NCBI GenBank assembly: GCA_031835245.2
Contig: JAVKOQ020000083.1
Location: forward strand, 1 to 64,000
Length of the DNA stretch: 64,000 bases
Origin: Balamuthia mandrillaris
Taxonomy: Eukaryota
Direction of reading: 5' to 3'
Shown: in pieces, positions 62,582-64,000 of the stretch
Position numbering within the stretch: position 1 is the first letter of the stretch
Layout: each line of letters begins with the position of its first letter
Notes under the pieces: generated by a model
Seen by the model: the letters and a program-made list of their open reading frames with translations, nothing else
What the model was told of the DNA's origin: nothing
Databases searched by the model: none
Made by a program: the position numbers and the translations under genes

Positions 62582-64000
62582 TTATTGGGGCAAATAAACG
62601 GGGTGGTAAATTTGGTGAGGGACGAATTTGAGAGAAGACCGGGTGGTGTTGGGGATGCCAGCGGTGGTGGAGAGGGAGTGGCTGCGGGCAAGGGAATAGT
62701 GGTTCGGAAGAGGTGGCGCCGGAGGAGCAGAGGACTGGTGAGGTTGGGCTTTAGATATCTGTACACAAGGTTGAGACTGAACATGAGAGCGAGCTTGTGG
62801 AGGAAGAGCTTTAGTTGCTTGTACAAGAGATTGGGATGGAGCGTGAGAGTGATTTTGAGGAGGAACATTGGAGGGGTGAATATACGACTGAGTTTGTGCT
62901 GAGGAAGAAGAAGGAGGAGGAGGAGAAGGAGAAGAAGAAGAAGAGGTTGCAGGAGGGGTGTGAGGGCGCTCACTAGAGGCGGTGTTTTGCTTCGTCTGGT
63001 CCTCCTCATCGTCTAGCACAATGGGGCTGGCAGGGCTTGGGATGGGCATGTGGTGGGATCGAGCAAAGGTGATGCGAGCCCCCGCCATGTTGAGGGAATG
63101 CACCAAACGGTCCAGCAGGGTGCGGTAGTAGTGCACTTCAGCATTTTTCTGAGCAAGAAGCTTCTCGTTGACCAAGGCGTTCACCTCCTTGTTTCTTTCC
63201 ATGGCGAGCATTGCTCGGAGGGTGGCGTTCTCCTGCTCTTTTTGCAGCAAAAGCTCTTTCTCAAACCCACTGCTGCCTTGCATGATTGTGCTGCACAGCT
63301 TGTCGTAGTTGGCACGCACTAACTTGAGCATCTCTTCCAGCTCCACGTTAGTCACACGAAGGTTGATGTTCTCTTCTTTCAGTTGCAGAATCTCTGCGCT
63401 CTTTGCAGCCTCGGACTGAAGATAGGAAAGATCTTTGGCATGCTCGGGAGGAAAGTGGCCATTTCCTGAGTCGTCACCCTGTTGACGGTGGTAGCTATGT
63501 TCAGAGGAAGAGGCCACATGGGTAGGCGTTGGAGTTGCACGCGCTGAAACACCACCGGATAACATCTGCGTAGGGGTCGCTATCCCTCTGGCAAGTTTCT
63601 GACGATGTGCAGTGGCGGGTTGGAAGCCTGCTGTAATCTGCTGGAAGTGGGATTGCGAGCCAAGACGAGCGGAGTGTCTGGGGGAAGAGAACCGGTGGGA
63701 AGAGAACCGGTACTTGGTCGGAGCTGGGCTGGGTTTGTTGTCCTGGGCTTTGCTGTTCCACATAGTGACAAGAGGTTGCATAGAAGAGGAACTATACAGA
63801 GGTGGAGACGAAGACACTTGTGGTGGAACTTCAGTTGTGGATGATACCAAAGTAGAGGAACAGAGACCAGTAGAAGGAACAGCGGTAGCAGCCGCCGCCG
63901 CAGAAGAAGAAGCAGAAGAAGAAGGTGATGATGATGTTGTAGAGGAAGAAAAAGACGAAGATGAAAAGGAAAGAGAAGGAGAAGAAGCAGAAGAAGAAGC
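62582..64000 (-). CDS. Partial (5' end beyond window) low-complexity protein with a central coiled coil, function unknown
   Basis: ORF of more than 420 aa, apparently open toward the window edge. Heptad segment EILQLKEENINLRVTNVELEEMLKLVRANYDKL...EKLLAQKNAEVHYYRTLLDRL between S/P/Q-rich regions. Confidence 0.7.
   Translation of the reverse strand, partial: ASSSASSPSLSFSSSSFSSSTTSSSPSSSASSSAAAAATAVPSTGLCSSTLVSSTTEVPPQVSSSPPLYSSSSMQPLVTMWNSKAQDNKPSPAPTKYRFSSHRFSSPRHSARLGSQSHFQQITAGFQPATAHRQKLARGIATPTQMLSGGVSARATPTPTHVASSSEHSYHRQQGDDSGNGHFPPEHAKDLSYLQSEAAKSAEILQLKEENINLRVTNVELEEMLKLVRANYDKLCSTIMQGSSGFEKELLLQKEQENATLRAMLAMERNKEVNALVNEKLLAQKNAEVHYYRTLLDRLVHSLNMAGARITFARSHHMPIPSPASPIVLDDEEDQTKQNTASSERPHTPPATSSSSSPSPPPPSSSSAQTQSYIHPSNVPPQNHSHAPSQSLVQATKALPPQARSHVQSQPCVQISKAQPHQSSAPPAPPLPNHYSLARSHSLSTTAGIPNTTRSSLKFVPHQIYHPVYLPQ

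Overview
Compact, intron-rich eukaryotic DNA with short GT-AG introns (about 60-150 nt), CTAAC/CTGAC-type branch sites and intronic microsatellites. The gene content suggests a free-living amoeba-like protist (inference only). Bases 1 to about 5,700 are CpG-poor and hold a dead, truncated Ty1/copia retrotransposon. The gene-dense block that follows contains two divergent surface/secreted protein genes, TSC2, an RBBP6/Mpe1-like gene, NF-YC, a DDIAS-like OB-fold gene, a VPS13-family gene, a RhoGAP with fascin-like repeats, Vps55, a dynamin-stalk/BRCT fusion, NOL9/Grc3, an F-box/TPR gene, a DnaJ/DnaJ-X gene, peroxisomal MFE-2 and a partial coiled-coil gene. Three observations stand out. (1) A GTPase-less DRP5/Dlp-type dynamin stalk appears fused to a long coiled coil and MCPH1-like tandem BRCTs. 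(2) The last NOL9 intron hides a box C/D scaRNA-like RNA whose D+5 position predicts U4 snRNA Am65. (3) A TnpB/Fanzor C-terminal remnant with a possible omega-RNA end sits upstream of MFE-2. All gene models were spliced by eye, and family calls come from recalled motifs rather than database searches.
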